Shown here piece after piece: positions 1 through 9,058 of a stretch of 64,000 nt of DNA. Position 1 is the first letter of the stretch. Each line of letters begins with the position of its first letter. The notes beneath the pieces are model-generated. The model made no database searches. It was not told the origin of the DNA and saw nothing but the letters and a program-made list of their open reading frames with translations. This DNA is from Anaerolineae bacterium (lineage in GTDB: Bacteria; Chloroflexota; Anaerolineae; Promineifilales; Promineifilaceae): the NCBI GenBank assembly GCA_035459145.1, contig DATHYN010000168.1, positions 11,058-75,057 of the forward strand, read 5' to 3'. Both the position numbers and the translations under genes were made by a program.

Positions 1-4
1 TTCT

Positions 5-1120
5 TTGTCAATTGGAGGGCGCTCATTTAGCTTAGAGCCGGTACCTGCTGAACCTGGTCGCGAATTATGGGCGCCAACGGTGGGTAGTGAGGAGCAAGGG
101 GTGTGGCTTTATGGGTCTGTACTTAATTATGTTGTTGGGTTGGCATCAACACCGGCTAATGAAGCATTGTTACAAAGTTTGACAACTGGCCAAGAAATGC
201 GCCTGAGGACTATTTCTAACCGTGAATTTGGTTTTACCTTTGATAGTCGTGAACTGTTGCCAGTGGCGGAATCGACTATTTATCGTCAAAATAGCCCTGC
301 TTTAACGATTATTTTGCTTAATGAGGAAGGTGAATCGAATGATCGACTTGTTGTTAGGGGGCGTTATGTGTTGGAAAATATTGATAGAGAAACGAATGGA
401 ACTGGTGGTGCTGAGCTTTTAGAGTTGGGGGAAACAGCGATGTTGGGTGAAGGTTTACAGGTCACAACGGTGGGAACGACGTATTTATTTGATCGTGCCG
501 AAGCACCAGCTGGTTTTTCTTTTTTCCTAGTTGATTATGAATTAGGTAATATTGGTACGACGGCGATTGATACGAGCCAATTATTGTTTACATTGGCTGA
601 TTTAGATGGTAATCAATATGTGAGGAATCCTGTTGCTAGTCAGTTAGGCAATACAGCACCCTTAGCCGGCGTTTTAGGTGTTGGTCAGGCGGTGCGAGCA
701 ACGGTTGGGTATCAAATTCCGGATGGTTTGGTTAGCCCTTCATTGCGTTGGCGGGTTGAACGTTTAAATAGTGGCAATCGGATTGAGGTATTGTTGCCGT
801 TTACTGGTGGTGGGGGTAATACGGGAACAGGAACGGCCGTTAGCCTGCAACAAGCGGAAGTATCTTTAGATGGTACAAGTTTGATTCTCGTGGGCCAAGT
901 GACTAATTTGGGCACACAAGCGGTGGTTATTACGGAACAAGAGGTTAATTTAAATAGCCAAGGTACAATATACTTGATTTTATCGACTAATCCGGGATTT
1001 CCGTGGCAAATTAATCCTGGTCAAACGATGGCTTTTTCATTGACCTTCCAGCGACCAGCCGCCGATTCAGCTGCGTTTAATGTGTTGAATCAATCTTTCC
1101 AATTAAACGGTTTGCAATAA
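5..1120 (+). CDS. 5'-truncated ORF encoding the C-terminal 371 aa of an unknown protein that probably continues upstream of the window. The sequence is Gly/Thr-rich and may be secreted or a surface protein.
   Basis: The open frame runs to the window edge. Coding-like codon bias matches neighbouring genes. I recognise no motif. Confidence 0.5.
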   Translation: MSIGGRSFSLEPVPAEPGRELWAPTVGSEEQGVWLYGSVLNYVVGLASTPANEALLQSLTTGQEMRLRTISNREFGFTFDSRELLPVAESTIYRQNSPALTIILLNEEGESNDRLVVRGRYVLENIDRETNGTGGAELLELGETAMLGEGLQVTTVGTTYLFDRAEAPAGFSFFLVDYELGNIGTTAIDTSQLLFTLADLDGNQYVRNPVASQLGNTAPLAGVLGVGQAVRATVGYQIPDGLVSPSLRWRVERLNSGNRIEVLLPFTGGGGNTGTGTAVSLQQAEVSLDGTSLILVGQVTNLGTQAVVITEQEVNLNSQGTIYLILSTNPGFPWQINPGQTMAFSLTFQRPAADSAAFNVLNQSFQLNGLQ

Positions 1121-1190
1121 TTTAGGGGGGAGCTGTTGGGGCGCTTGAAACGAAATTGATTAATGAGAATAAAAGTTAGGTAAAAAAGAT

Positions 1191-2282
1191 ATGAAATTAG
1201 GTGTTATAGGTTTGCCGGGGGCGGGTAAAACGACAATTTTTAATGCATTGACGCAAGGGAATGTGCCTCCGGGGCAAAGTGTTGGGGGGCGGTTTGATGT
1301 GTTAACGGCCGTTGTCCCTGTTCCCGATGCTCGTGTGGATAAATTAACTGAGATGTTTAACCCGAAAAAGACGACATATGCGCGGGTGACATATAGCGAT
1401 GTGAGTGGGTTACAACGGAAAGATAGTGACAAAATGGGCTTGACTGGTCCGTTATTGAACCATTTAGGGGGGCTTGACGGATTTATTCATGTTGTGCGCG
1501 CTTTTGAAAGTGATTTAGCCCCTCATCCGGCGGGTTCCGTTGATGCGTTACGTGACTTGGAATCGTTAGATATGGAGTTTCTGTTGAATGATTTGGTGGC
1601 GGTGGAGCGACGGGTGGAGAAGTTGCAGGATGGGCTACGTAAGGGGGCCTCGAAGAATAAAGGGGCGGATATGGCCGAGTTGGAGCTGATGGAGCGGTTA
1701 CAAGAGGCGTTGAGTGAAGAAACACCATTACGTGATTTAGGCTTGACCGACGAAGAGGAAAAATCTTTGCGGAGTTACGCTTTCATGACGCTTAAGCCTG
1801 TCTTGGTGATATTCAATATTGGTGATGATCAGGATGAGATTGAAATTGATTATGATCATCAATTATCCCGGGTGGCTAATTTACGGGGTAAACTTGAGAT
1901 GGAGTTGAACCAATTAGCTGGTCCCGACGGCGATCCAGAATCTTTAGAGATGTTTATGGAAGAGTATGGGGTTGAAGAGCTTGGTTTAGATCGGGCGATT
2001 CGTTTGAGCTACGATTTGATGGGTTTACATTCCTTCTTTACTGTGGGTGAGGATGAAGTCCGTGCGTGGACAATTCCGGTAGGAGCCGATGCGGTGCAGG
2101 CGGCAGGGGCGATTCATACGGATTTGGCCAAAGGATTTATTCGGGCGGAAGTGGTAGCTTATCAAGATTTGATTGAGCTGGGTGGTTTGAGTGCGGCTAA
2201 ATCGGCTGGTAAGTTCCGGCAAGAAGGGAAGACGTATATTGTTGAAGATGGGGATGTGATTAATATTAAGTTTAATTTGTAA
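1191..2282 (+). CDS. ychF: Ribosome-binding ATPase YchF of the Obg/YchF GTPase family
   Basis: The N-terminus reads MKLGVIGLPGAGKTTIFNALT, a P-loop. The 363-aa length and C-terminal TGS-like end (DGDVINIKFNL) are typical of YchF. Confidence 0.9.
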   Translation: MKLGVIGLPGAGKTTIFNALTQGNVPPGQSVGGRFDVLTAVVPVPDARVDKLTEMFNPKKTTYARVTYSDVSGLQRKDSDKMGLTGPLLNHLGGLDGFIHVVRAFESDLAPHPAGSVDALRDLESLDMEFLLNDLVAVERRVEKLQDGLRKGASKNKGADMAELELMERLQEALSEETPLRDLGLTDEEEKSLRSYAFMTLKPVLVIFNIGDDQDEIEIDYDHQLSRVANLRGKLEMELNQLAGPDGDPESLEMFMEEYGVEELGLDRAIRLSYDLMGLHSFFTVGEDEVRAWTIPVGADAVQAAGAIHTDLAKGFIRAEVVAYQDLIELGGLSAAKSAGKFRQEGKTYIVEDGDVINIKFNL

Positions 2283-2341
2283 GACTTTAAACGAAACATT
2301 TCCGACATTTCATCAAGACATATAATCAAGGAGAGTTGGTG

Positions 2342-4165
2342 ATGAGTGATGCTGAGCAGGATGATTGGTTGCCTTTGGATGGGAGTGGTCGGGAGAAGCG
2401 TGGCTGGCGGCTGATTAAGCCGGGTATGGCCTCGGAGCCGATAGAGGCGGGTCGCAATGCGTTAGCGGTGTGGCAGGAACAGCAACCAGACAACTATTTT
2501 ACGGCAGATGGTAATCTCCAACGGACTTTGAACTATTATTGGGGGGATCAAACGTATCAAAAAAATGGGAGCCGGTTGTACAAGTTTGGGGGGCAGGCGG
2601 CGACGACGGTTAATCGGTTGGCACGCCTTTCAAATCAAGCGGAGAATTTACCACAGATTGTTAATTATAACAGTGTGGGGCAGAGATTGGCGGAGATTGC
2701 CTATCATCCGACATATCATGAAGCGGGTCGTTTAATTTATGGGTCGGGGGTGATGTCGGTGTTGGCCGAGCCGGGTAATAACTTGTTGTCGCAGGCGTTA
2801 TTTTACTTATCGGCACAAAATGGGGAGGCGGGACATAATTGTCCGTTGGCGTGTACGGCTGGTTTGATTAAGGCGTTGCAAAAAGCGGGTAGTACCCATT
2901 TGCAAGAGACGTATTTGCCCCCTTTGCTTGATGATGATTATGATAATTTGTATCATGGGGCCCAGTTTATCACTGAGATTCAGGGTGGGTCTGATGTGGG
3001 GGCGAATGGGACGGTGGCGACGCCGTTGGATCCGGCGGCCGAGGGGAGTTGGTTATTGAATGGGGAAAAATGGTTCTGTTCGAATGTGAGTGCAGATGTG
3101 GCATTGGTAACGGCACGGGTGATGGAACAGGGAGAGGGGACGAAGGGGTTGGGGCTGTTTTTGGTACCAAAAGTGTTGGCTGACGGCCGGCCGAACGGCA
3201 TGTATATTCGTCGGTTGAAGGATAAGTTGGGGACGCGATCGTTGGCGACGGCGGAGGTTCATTTTGAAGATGCGGTGGCGTATCAAGTGGGAGAGACGCA
3301 TGATGGGATTCGGCATACGATGAATCATGTGATTAACACCTCCCGTCTGTTTAATGCAGTGGGAGCGACGGGGAATGCGCGCCGGGCTTATGTGGTGGCG
3401 TGGAGTTATGCCCAGCATCGGTTTGCGTTTGGGCGGGCGATCGCTTATTTTCCATTGGTGCAAGATTTGTTGGGGCGGATGCGGGCGGAAACGATGGCGA
3501 TGTTATCGGGGAGTATGCATCTGGTCCATTTGTGGGATAAGTTGGAGCTAGGGGAGTTAAGTGAGGAGGAGCAGGGGTTTTTCCGGATTGGATTGAATTT
3601 GAATAAGTATCGAACGGCCGTTTTAGCCCACGACGTCATCCAAAAAGGGATAGAGGTGTTGGGTGGGAATGGCACCATCGAAGATTTTTCGGTATTGCCA
3701 CGGTTATTGCGCGATAATATCGTTTATGAAAATTGGGAAGGGACGCACAATGTATTGATGGCGCAGGTACAACGAGATATGCGCCGTCACAAGCTAGACA
3801 AGCCATTTTTGGCTTATTTGGCGGGCATGTGGGGCCAAGTCCAGCATCCCGAATTGCGCGAAGCGGGTGAAACGGCGTTAGGGGCGATTGAAGAGGAGCT
3901 GGCTTCGATTTTTGAGCTGGATGAGTTAAATGCGAGTATCTATTTTCGGCCTTTGATGACACGGGCTATCGATCTGTTTTACGCGGCTTGTTTGGCGTTA
4001 GAAGGGGAGTGGGAGATGTCGCGGAGTAAAAAACGGCCACAACAGAAGAGTAAAATAAAATTGCGGGCGGCTCATTTTTATATGGCGCATTGGGTGGAAC
4101 GGCGTCCGGCGAAGGAGATTGTGGGGTATACAGATGTTTTGGGGCATTTGTGTGCGGGGATTTAA
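2342..4165 (+). CDS. AidB-like acyl-CoA dehydrogenase family protein
   Basis: Segments TEIQGGSDVGANGT, KWFCSNVSADVALV, RRLKDKLGTRSLATAEVHFEDA and NIVYENWEGTHNVL match conserved blocks of E. coli AidB and acyl-CoA dehydrogenases. The ATG at 2342 is preceded by AAGGAGAG. The tracker's start at 2336 is a TTG. Confidence 0.75.
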   Translation: MSDAEQDDWLPLDGSGREKRGWRLIKPGMASEPIEAGRNALAVWQEQQPDNYFTADGNLQRTLNYYWGDQTYQKNGSRLYKFGGQAATTVNRLARLSNQAENLPQIVNYNSVGQRLAEIAYHPTYHEAGRLIYGSGVMSVLAEPGNNLLSQALFYLSAQNGEAGHNCPLACTAGLIKALQKAGSTHLQETYLPPLLDDDYDNLYHGAQFITEIQGGSDVGANGTVATPLDPAAEGSWLLNGEKWFCSNVSADVALVTARVMEQGEGTKGLGLFLVPKVLADGRPNGMYIRRLKDKLGTRSLATAEVHFEDAVAYQVGETHDGIRHTMNHVINTSRLFNAVGATGNARRAYVVAWSYAQHRFAFGRAIAYFPLVQDLLGRMRAETMAMLSGSMHLVHLWDKLELGELSEEEQGFFRIGLNLNKYRTAVLAHDVIQKGIEVLGGNGTIEDFSVLPRLLRDNIVYENWEGTHNVLMAQVQRDMRRHKLDKPFLAYLAGMWGQVQHPELREAGETALGAIEEELASIFELDELNASIYFRPLMTRAIDLFYAACLALEGEWEMSRSKKRPQQKSKIKLRAAHFYMAHWVERRPAKEIVGYTDVLGHLCAGI

Positions 4166-4170
4166 AGGTG

Positions 4171-5190
4171 ATGGGCGGCGTTTTGGGTCAGGGTAGTGGG
4201 TGGGATTGGCGTTGGTGGTTGTTCGTAGGGGGAATGGTCTGGTTATTGGTGGGGTGTGGACGTGAGCCGGAGGTGGTGGTAACGGGGACGCGGGGGGTGG
4301 TGGCTGAAGCGACGGCGACGGGGACGTCATTACCTATCGGAGTCGATTTTGCGACGCGGTTGCCACCAACGGTTTATGTGCCGCAGATTACGGTGACGCC
4401 GTTGCCGACAGCGACGCCGCGGCCCTCGGCCACGCCGCGTGTTCATACGATTGCCGAGGGGGATACATTTTTGGGGATGGCGATTGCGTATAATACGACG
4501 GTGGCCGAGATTGAGCGGCTGAATCCTAGTTTGCGAGCGAATTTGTTATCGATTGGGCAAACGGTGATATTGCCCCCACCGGCAACACCGGTCTTTGGTG
4601 CTGGTGAGGCGACGCCGCGGCCATTGTTAGTGACAGTGCGGGATGTATCTACTTATCGGACACCGGCGGGGGGATTATGGATATTGGGGGAAGTGGTTAA
4701 TGATGGGGTGTGGCCAATTGATGGGTTGCAAGTCGAAATTCAGTTGTGGACAGAGACAGGTGAAAATTTAGGTGGGGTTAAAACGTGGGTAGCGCCCTCA
4801 TTGTTGGCCCCCGCGGCGCGGGGGCCGTTTGGGGTGTTATTGCCGGAAGAACCGGCTGGCTGGGCTTACCCGGTGGCGGTGGTAACGGATGGATTTGTGC
4901 CTGATGAGTTAGGGGATCGGTATTTATCGGTGGGGGTACAGACAACAGAGGTGGTAATTACAGGTACACAAGCGTTAGCGACAGTAGAGGTGAGTAATTT
5001 AGGGGAATCAGTGGCACAGGAAGTGGTGGTGGTGGTAACATTGTATGATGATGGTGAGCGGGTAGTAGGGTATCGGCAGGTACGGGTCGAAAATTTGGCG
5101 GTGGGCGAGGTGCGGTTGGTTGAGGTTGGGGTGGCGGCTGTCGGTGGTGTTGGTGAACGGGTGGGGGTTACTTATCAAGCTTGGGAATAG
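4171..5190 (+). CDS. LysM domain-containing secreted protein or lipoprotein
   Basis: A LysM motif is present: HTIAEGDTFLGMAIAYNTTVAEIERLNPSL...GQTVILP. The N-terminal hydrophobic segment with LLVGC looks like a lipobox. The start is uncertain: ATGs at 4171 and 4234 are both possible, and the tracker ORF start at 4090 overlaps the previous gene. Confidence 0.7.
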   Translation: MGGVLGQGSGWDWRWWLFVGGMVWLLVGCGREPEVVVTGTRGVVAEATATGTSLPIGVDFATRLPPTVYVPQITVTPLPTATPRPSATPRVHTIAEGDTFLGMAIAYNTTVAEIERLNPSLRANLLSIGQTVILPPPATPVFGAGEATPRPLLVTVRDVSTYRTPAGGLWILGEVVNDGVWPIDGLQVEIQLWTETGENLGGVKTWVAPSLLAPAARGPFGVLLPEEPAGWAYPVAVVTDGFVPDELGDRYLSVGVQTTEVVITGTQALATVEVSNLGESVAQEVVVVVTLYDDGERVVGYRQVRVENLAVGEVRLVEVGVAAVGGVGERVGVTYQAWE

Positions 5191-5221
5191 GTGTTAACAA
5201 GTTGGTTTGGAGGTAATTGGT

Positions 5222-5746
5222 ATGTTTGAATGTGAATATTGTGGCACACAGGTCGTTGAATATCAATCAAATTGTCCTAATTGCAATGGATTGATGAAAT
5301 TAATAGAAGTTGATAGGTCATCAACGGAGGCGATTCAGCCAAAATTAGAGGCGATTCGCCAAATTTGTGAGCGATATGATGATTTAGAGTATGTTTATTT
5401 AGATGATGTGATCGATGATAAACGGGAAGCGACAGTACGCAAGCATTTCAACATTCCGGCGGATGAAGCGTTAATTTTTGTGTATGATGATACGATTTTG
5501 GGGAGTAACAAGATTGGTTTTGCTTTGGCGGAGAAAGGGTTGTATTGGAATAATGATTGGGCGACGACAACGAAGCGAACGTTTTTGAGTTGGGCTGATT
5601 TGGCGGAGAGGACGTTTGCGGTAAATGATTTGCGCTTGATTTTGGGCCGAGGGGATAAGATTGGGATTGCGGGTGGAGCCGGAAATGAGGGTGGGGAACG
5701 ATTGGTGGCGATGTTTGATGAGATTAAGGCGTTGTTATTAGGTTGA
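5222..5746 (+). CDS. Hypothetical protein with an N-terminal CxxC...CxxC zinc-ribbon
   Basis: The motif CEYCGTQ...CPNCNG lies at the N-terminus. GGAGG sits 8 nt upstream of the ATG at 5222. I recognise no catalytic motif. Confidence 0.5.
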   Translation: MFECEYCGTQVVEYQSNCPNCNGLMKLIEVDRSSTEAIQPKLEAIRQICERYDDLEYVYLDDVIDDKREATVRKHFNIPADEALIFVYDDTILGSNKIGFALAEKGLYWNNDWATTTKRTFLSWADLAERTFAVNDLRLILGRGDKIGIAGGAGNEGGERLVAMFDEIKALLLG

Positions 5747-5962
5747 GGTTAGTTAGGTATCTCATCTTATAAAACATGTTATAATAGCTGAGTGTATTGA
5801 ACTAAGTAATCTTGGCAGTTGCTCTTGAAAATATGCCGTTTAATATGTTGATGTTGTTGAATCAGAAGTACAAAACCTTTTGGTTAAACAATCTAGAGCA
5901 GAGGGGAGTGTGAATTAGGTGTAATTATTAGCCAAGGTGTTCCTAAAATTTGACGAGGTTTT

Positions 5963-6679
5963 ATGAAGATTGAGACGCGATTTAAGCTTTCAAGTTGGGG
6001 GTTGAGATTGGCATTGGTGCCATTTGGGTCGGTGACAGTGACGGGGCAGGAGAATTTGCCGCAGGAGGGGGCTTATCTGATTGTGACGAATCATATGAGT
6101 GTGGCGGACAGTCCACTACTGTTATTGGCTTTGCCTCCCCAGCAATACCATTTTTTTGCTGGTGAGAAGTGGGCAGACTTAACTTTTTTTGGGTGGTGGA
6201 TTAAATGGTTGGGGGCGGTTTTTATTGATCGGACAATTGTTGATCGGCAAGCGTTACGGGTGGCATTGGGTCATTTGGAGGCGGGGGTACCGTTTGGGTT
6301 AGCGCCGGAGGGGACGCGGAGCAAGGAGGGGCCGATGAATGAGGCGAAGGATGGGGCGGCGTATTTAGCGGTGAAGGCGGGGGTACCGATTGTGCCGGTG
6401 GGGTTTGTGAATACGGATGTGATTTTCAAGAATATGAAGCGATTGAAGCGGACGAAGATGGAAGTGCGGATTGGGAAGCCGTTTATGTTGCCGGATTTGG
6501 GGCGGCGGCCGAGGGGGGGAGATATGAGCGCGTATACTCGTTATATTATGGCTAATATTGCGGCGTTGTTGCCCCCAAGATATCATGGTTTTTACCGTGG
6601 GGATCCGGCGGTGCAAGCGATTATGGCGGGTGAAGATGGGTGGGAGCATTGTATTGCCCAAGAAGTGGGTACTGATTAG
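5963..6679 (+). CDS. plsC: 1-acyl-sn-glycerol-3-phosphate acyltransferase, a lysophospholipid acyltransferase
   Basis: Block I reads NHMSVADS (HX4D). The APEGTRS block is present. Size is 238 aa. Confidence 0.85.
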   Translation: MKIETRFKLSSWGLRLALVPFGSVTVTGQENLPQEGAYLIVTNHMSVADSPLLLLALPPQQYHFFAGEKWADLTFFGWWIKWLGAVFIDRTIVDRQALRVALGHLEAGVPFGLAPEGTRSKEGPMNEAKDGAAYLAVKAGVPIVPVGFVNTDVIFKNMKRLKRTKMEVRIGKPFMLPDLGRRPRGGDMSAYTRYIMANIAALLPPRYHGFYRGDPAVQAIMAGEDGWEHCIAQEVGTD

Positions 6680-6706
6680 AGAAAAAAGTCAAAGTTAGGA
6701 GTGAAC

Positions 6707-7990
6707 ATGCAAATCGAAACATCGAGACAGTTATTTGCTGAGGCGCAGGCGTTGTTGCCGGGTGGGGTTAATTCGCCAGTACGGGCTTTTCGGGCAGTGG
6801 GTGGACAGCCTTTATTTATTGAGCGGGGAGAGGGGGCACACATTATTGATGTGGATGGGAATCGGTATATTGATTATGTGTTATCGTATGGGCCGTTGAT
6901 TGCTGGGCATGCTCATGCGGAGGTGGTGGCGGCGTTGCAGGAGACGTTGGTGAAGGGGACTAGTTATGGTGCCCCCAATCCGTTGGAGATTAAGTTAGCG
7001 CGGATGGTGACGGAGATGATGCCCGCCGTGGAGATGATTCGTTTTGTGAATTCGGGGACGGAGGCGACAATGAGTGCGTTGCGTTTGGCGCGGGCATTCA
7101 CGGGGCGGGATAAGATTGTGAAATTTGAGGGGAATTATCATGGTCATGCGGATATGTTATTGGTGCAGGCGGGGTCGGGGGTAGCGACGTTGGGTTTGCC
7201 TGATTCGCCAGGGGTGCCGAAGGCGACGGTGGCGGATACATTATTGGCGCAATATAACGATTTGGAGACGGTGCGGGCATGGTTTGAGCAGTTTCCGGAG
7301 GAGATTGCGGCGGTGATTGTGGAACCGGTGGCGGGGAATATGGGGATGGTGCCGCCGGCCGAGGGTTTTTTGGCTGGTTTGCGGGCTTTGACGGAAGAGT
7401 ATGGGGCTTTATTGGTCTTTGATGAAGTGATGACTGGTTTTCGGGTTGATTTAGGCGGGGCACAAGGATTGTATGGCATTAAGCCGGATATTACGGCGTT
7501 GGGTAAAGTCATTGGAGGGGGCTTGCCGGTGGGGGCGTATGGTGGGCGGCGGGATATTATGCAGATGGTGGCTCCGTTAGGGGCGATGTATCAGGCGGGG
7601 ACATTATCGGGGAATCCCTTGGCGATGGCGGCGGGGATAGCGACGTTAGAAGTGTTGCGGGCACCAGGGGTGTGGGCGGAATTAGAGTTGCGGGCGGCAC
7701 AGTTGGTAACTGGTTTGCGGGGAGCTGTGGCCAAGGTAGGTATTCCGGCTTCGGTAGGCAATGTGGGCACGATGTTTGGTATGTTCTTTAACGATCAACC
7801 AGTGACAGATTGGCCCTCGGCCAAAAAATGTGACACCGCTCTGTTTGGTCGCTATTTTCAAGCGATGTTATTAAATGGTATCTATTTAGGCCCATCCCAG
7901 TATGAAGCTGGCTTCTTGTCTACCGCGCATGATAGTGATGTGATCGCGGCGACCATAGCGGCGGCTGAAAAAAGTTTATCTAGTTTGTAG
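6707..7990 (+). CDS. hemL: Glutamate-1-semialdehyde 2,1-aminomutase
   Basis: The N-terminus matches canonical HemL: [25 protein letters not shown]. It is a class III PLP aminotransferase of about 427 aa. The ATG at 6707 sits 6 nt after AGGAG. The tracker's start at 6701 is a GTG. Confidence 0.93.
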   Translation: MQIETSRQLFAEAQALLPGGVNSPVRAFRAVGGQPLFIERGEGAHIIDVDGNRYIDYVLSYGPLIAGHAHAEVVAALQETLVKGTSYGAPNPLEIKLARMVTEMMPAVEMIRFVNSGTEATMSALRLARAFTGRDKIVKFEGNYHGHADMLLVQAGSGVATLGLPDSPGVPKATVADTLLAQYNDLETVRAWFEQFPEEIAAVIVEPVAGNMGMVPPAEGFLAGLRALTEEYGALLVFDEVMTGFRVDLGGAQGLYGIKPDITALGKVIGGGLPVGAYGGRRDIMQMVAPLGAMYQAGTLSGNPLAMAAGIATLEVLRAPGVWAELELRAAQLVTGLRGAVAKVGIPASVGNVGTMFGMFFNDQPVTDWPSAKKCDTALFGRYFQAMLLNGIYLGPSQYEAGFLSTAHDSDVIAATIAAAEKSLSSL

Positions 7991-8015
7991 TGAGAATAAA
8001 TTTAAGGAAGATAGC

Positions 8016-8858
8016 ATGAAAAAGATGATGGCAATTTTTGCTCATCCTGATGATGAAGGGGCAATTGGTGGCAGTTTAGCTCATTATGCCGCCCAAGCGG
8101 ATTGTGATGTGATGTTGGTATGTGCCACGCGAGGCGAAGTTGGCGAAATTAGTGATCCTAGTTTGGCGACACCAGAAATTTTAGGTGAGGTACGGCAACA
8201 AGAGTTAGAGGCAGCTTGTGCTGCTTTGGGCGTGCAACATTTGCGCTTTTTAGATTATCGGGATTCTGGCATGGAGGGAACGCCGCCGAATGAAGACCCG
8301 CGGGCATTGATACAGGCAGATCCAACAGAAGCGGTAGGGAAAATTGTGCATTTGATTCGAGAGTATCAGCCTGATATTGTGATTACATTTGAACCATATG
8401 GTTGGTATGGACATCCTGATCATAAAATTATATCGCAGTGGGCGACAGCGGCCTATTTTCAAGCGGTGGATAAAGATACCGAGGATTTATTGGGACCGGT
8501 CTGGCAACCAGCAAAATTGTATCATGCAGTTGTGCCGATGACGCAGTTCAAAACAGTGGTTAATTATGCGATAAAGAACGGTCTTTTAGAAGAGACGTGG
8601 GCTGGTTTTGGCACTGATGAAGCGATTGCGATGGCGACGGAGGCGCAAGTGACCCATAAACTTGATGTACGGGCATATGGGGATAAGCGTCAGATGGCGA
8701 CAGCGGCGCATGCCACGCAGTTTGGGGAAGACCATTTTTTCCGGCGGATACCAGTTGATATGTTGAATGAAGTGACTGGGTATGATTATTTTATTCAGGT
8801 GTGGCCAGAGCCGGAAGAGGCGTGGCGGGCCGAGGCGTTATCGGATTTGTTTGATTAA
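8016..8858 (+). CDS. PIG-L/LmbE family N-acetylglucosaminyl deacetylase, BshB/MshB-like
   Basis: The N-terminal AHPDDE motif is present in MMAIFAHPDDEGAIGG. The HPDH motif follows later. An AAGGAAG Shine-Dalgarno lies upstream. Confidence 0.85.
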   Translation: MKKMMAIFAHPDDEGAIGGSLAHYAAQADCDVMLVCATRGEVGEISDPSLATPEILGEVRQQELEAACAALGVQHLRFLDYRDSGMEGTPPNEDPRALIQADPTEAVGKIVHLIREYQPDIVITFEPYGWYGHPDHKIISQWATAAYFQAVDKDTEDLLGPVWQPAKLYHAVVPMTQFKTVVNYAIKNGLLEETWAGFGTDEAIAMATEAQVTHKLDVRAYGDKRQMATAAHATQFGEDHFFRRIPVDMLNEVTGYDYFIQVWPEPEEAWRAEALSDLFD

Positions 8859-8873
8859 ACAAGTTATATTTGC

Positions 8874-9012
8874 AGAGAATGAAGCCGAAATAAAGGTGAT
8901 TTTAGGAGTGGATCCCCGCTTTCGCGAGGATGACAGCCCTGATCGGGCTGTAAATGGTTGTTGACATAAGAAAAACGGACAGCATCTTCGCAGGTATGAC
9001 AACCGAGGATGT
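8874..9012. repeat. Copy 1 of the composite intergenic palindromic repeat element, REP/MITE-like
   Basis: The sequence gaatgaagccgaaataaaggtgattttaggagtggatccccgctttcgcgaggatgacagccc...aaaaacggacagcatcttcgcaggtatgaca aligns to 17405-17540 and shares the core with 55128-55220 and 58611-58665. Confidence 0.7.
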
Positions 9013-9018
9013 TTTTTA

Positions 9019-9053
9019 AAAGAGGGCGTTGTCTTCACCGGCAACGCCCCTCT
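9019..9053. terminator. Bidirectional intrinsic terminator hairpin between convergent genes
   Basis: The sequence aagagggcgttg-tcttcaccg-gcaacgcccctctt is a perfect 12-bp stem flanked by A/T runs on both sides. Confidence 0.6.
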
Positions 9054-9058
9054 TTTAT

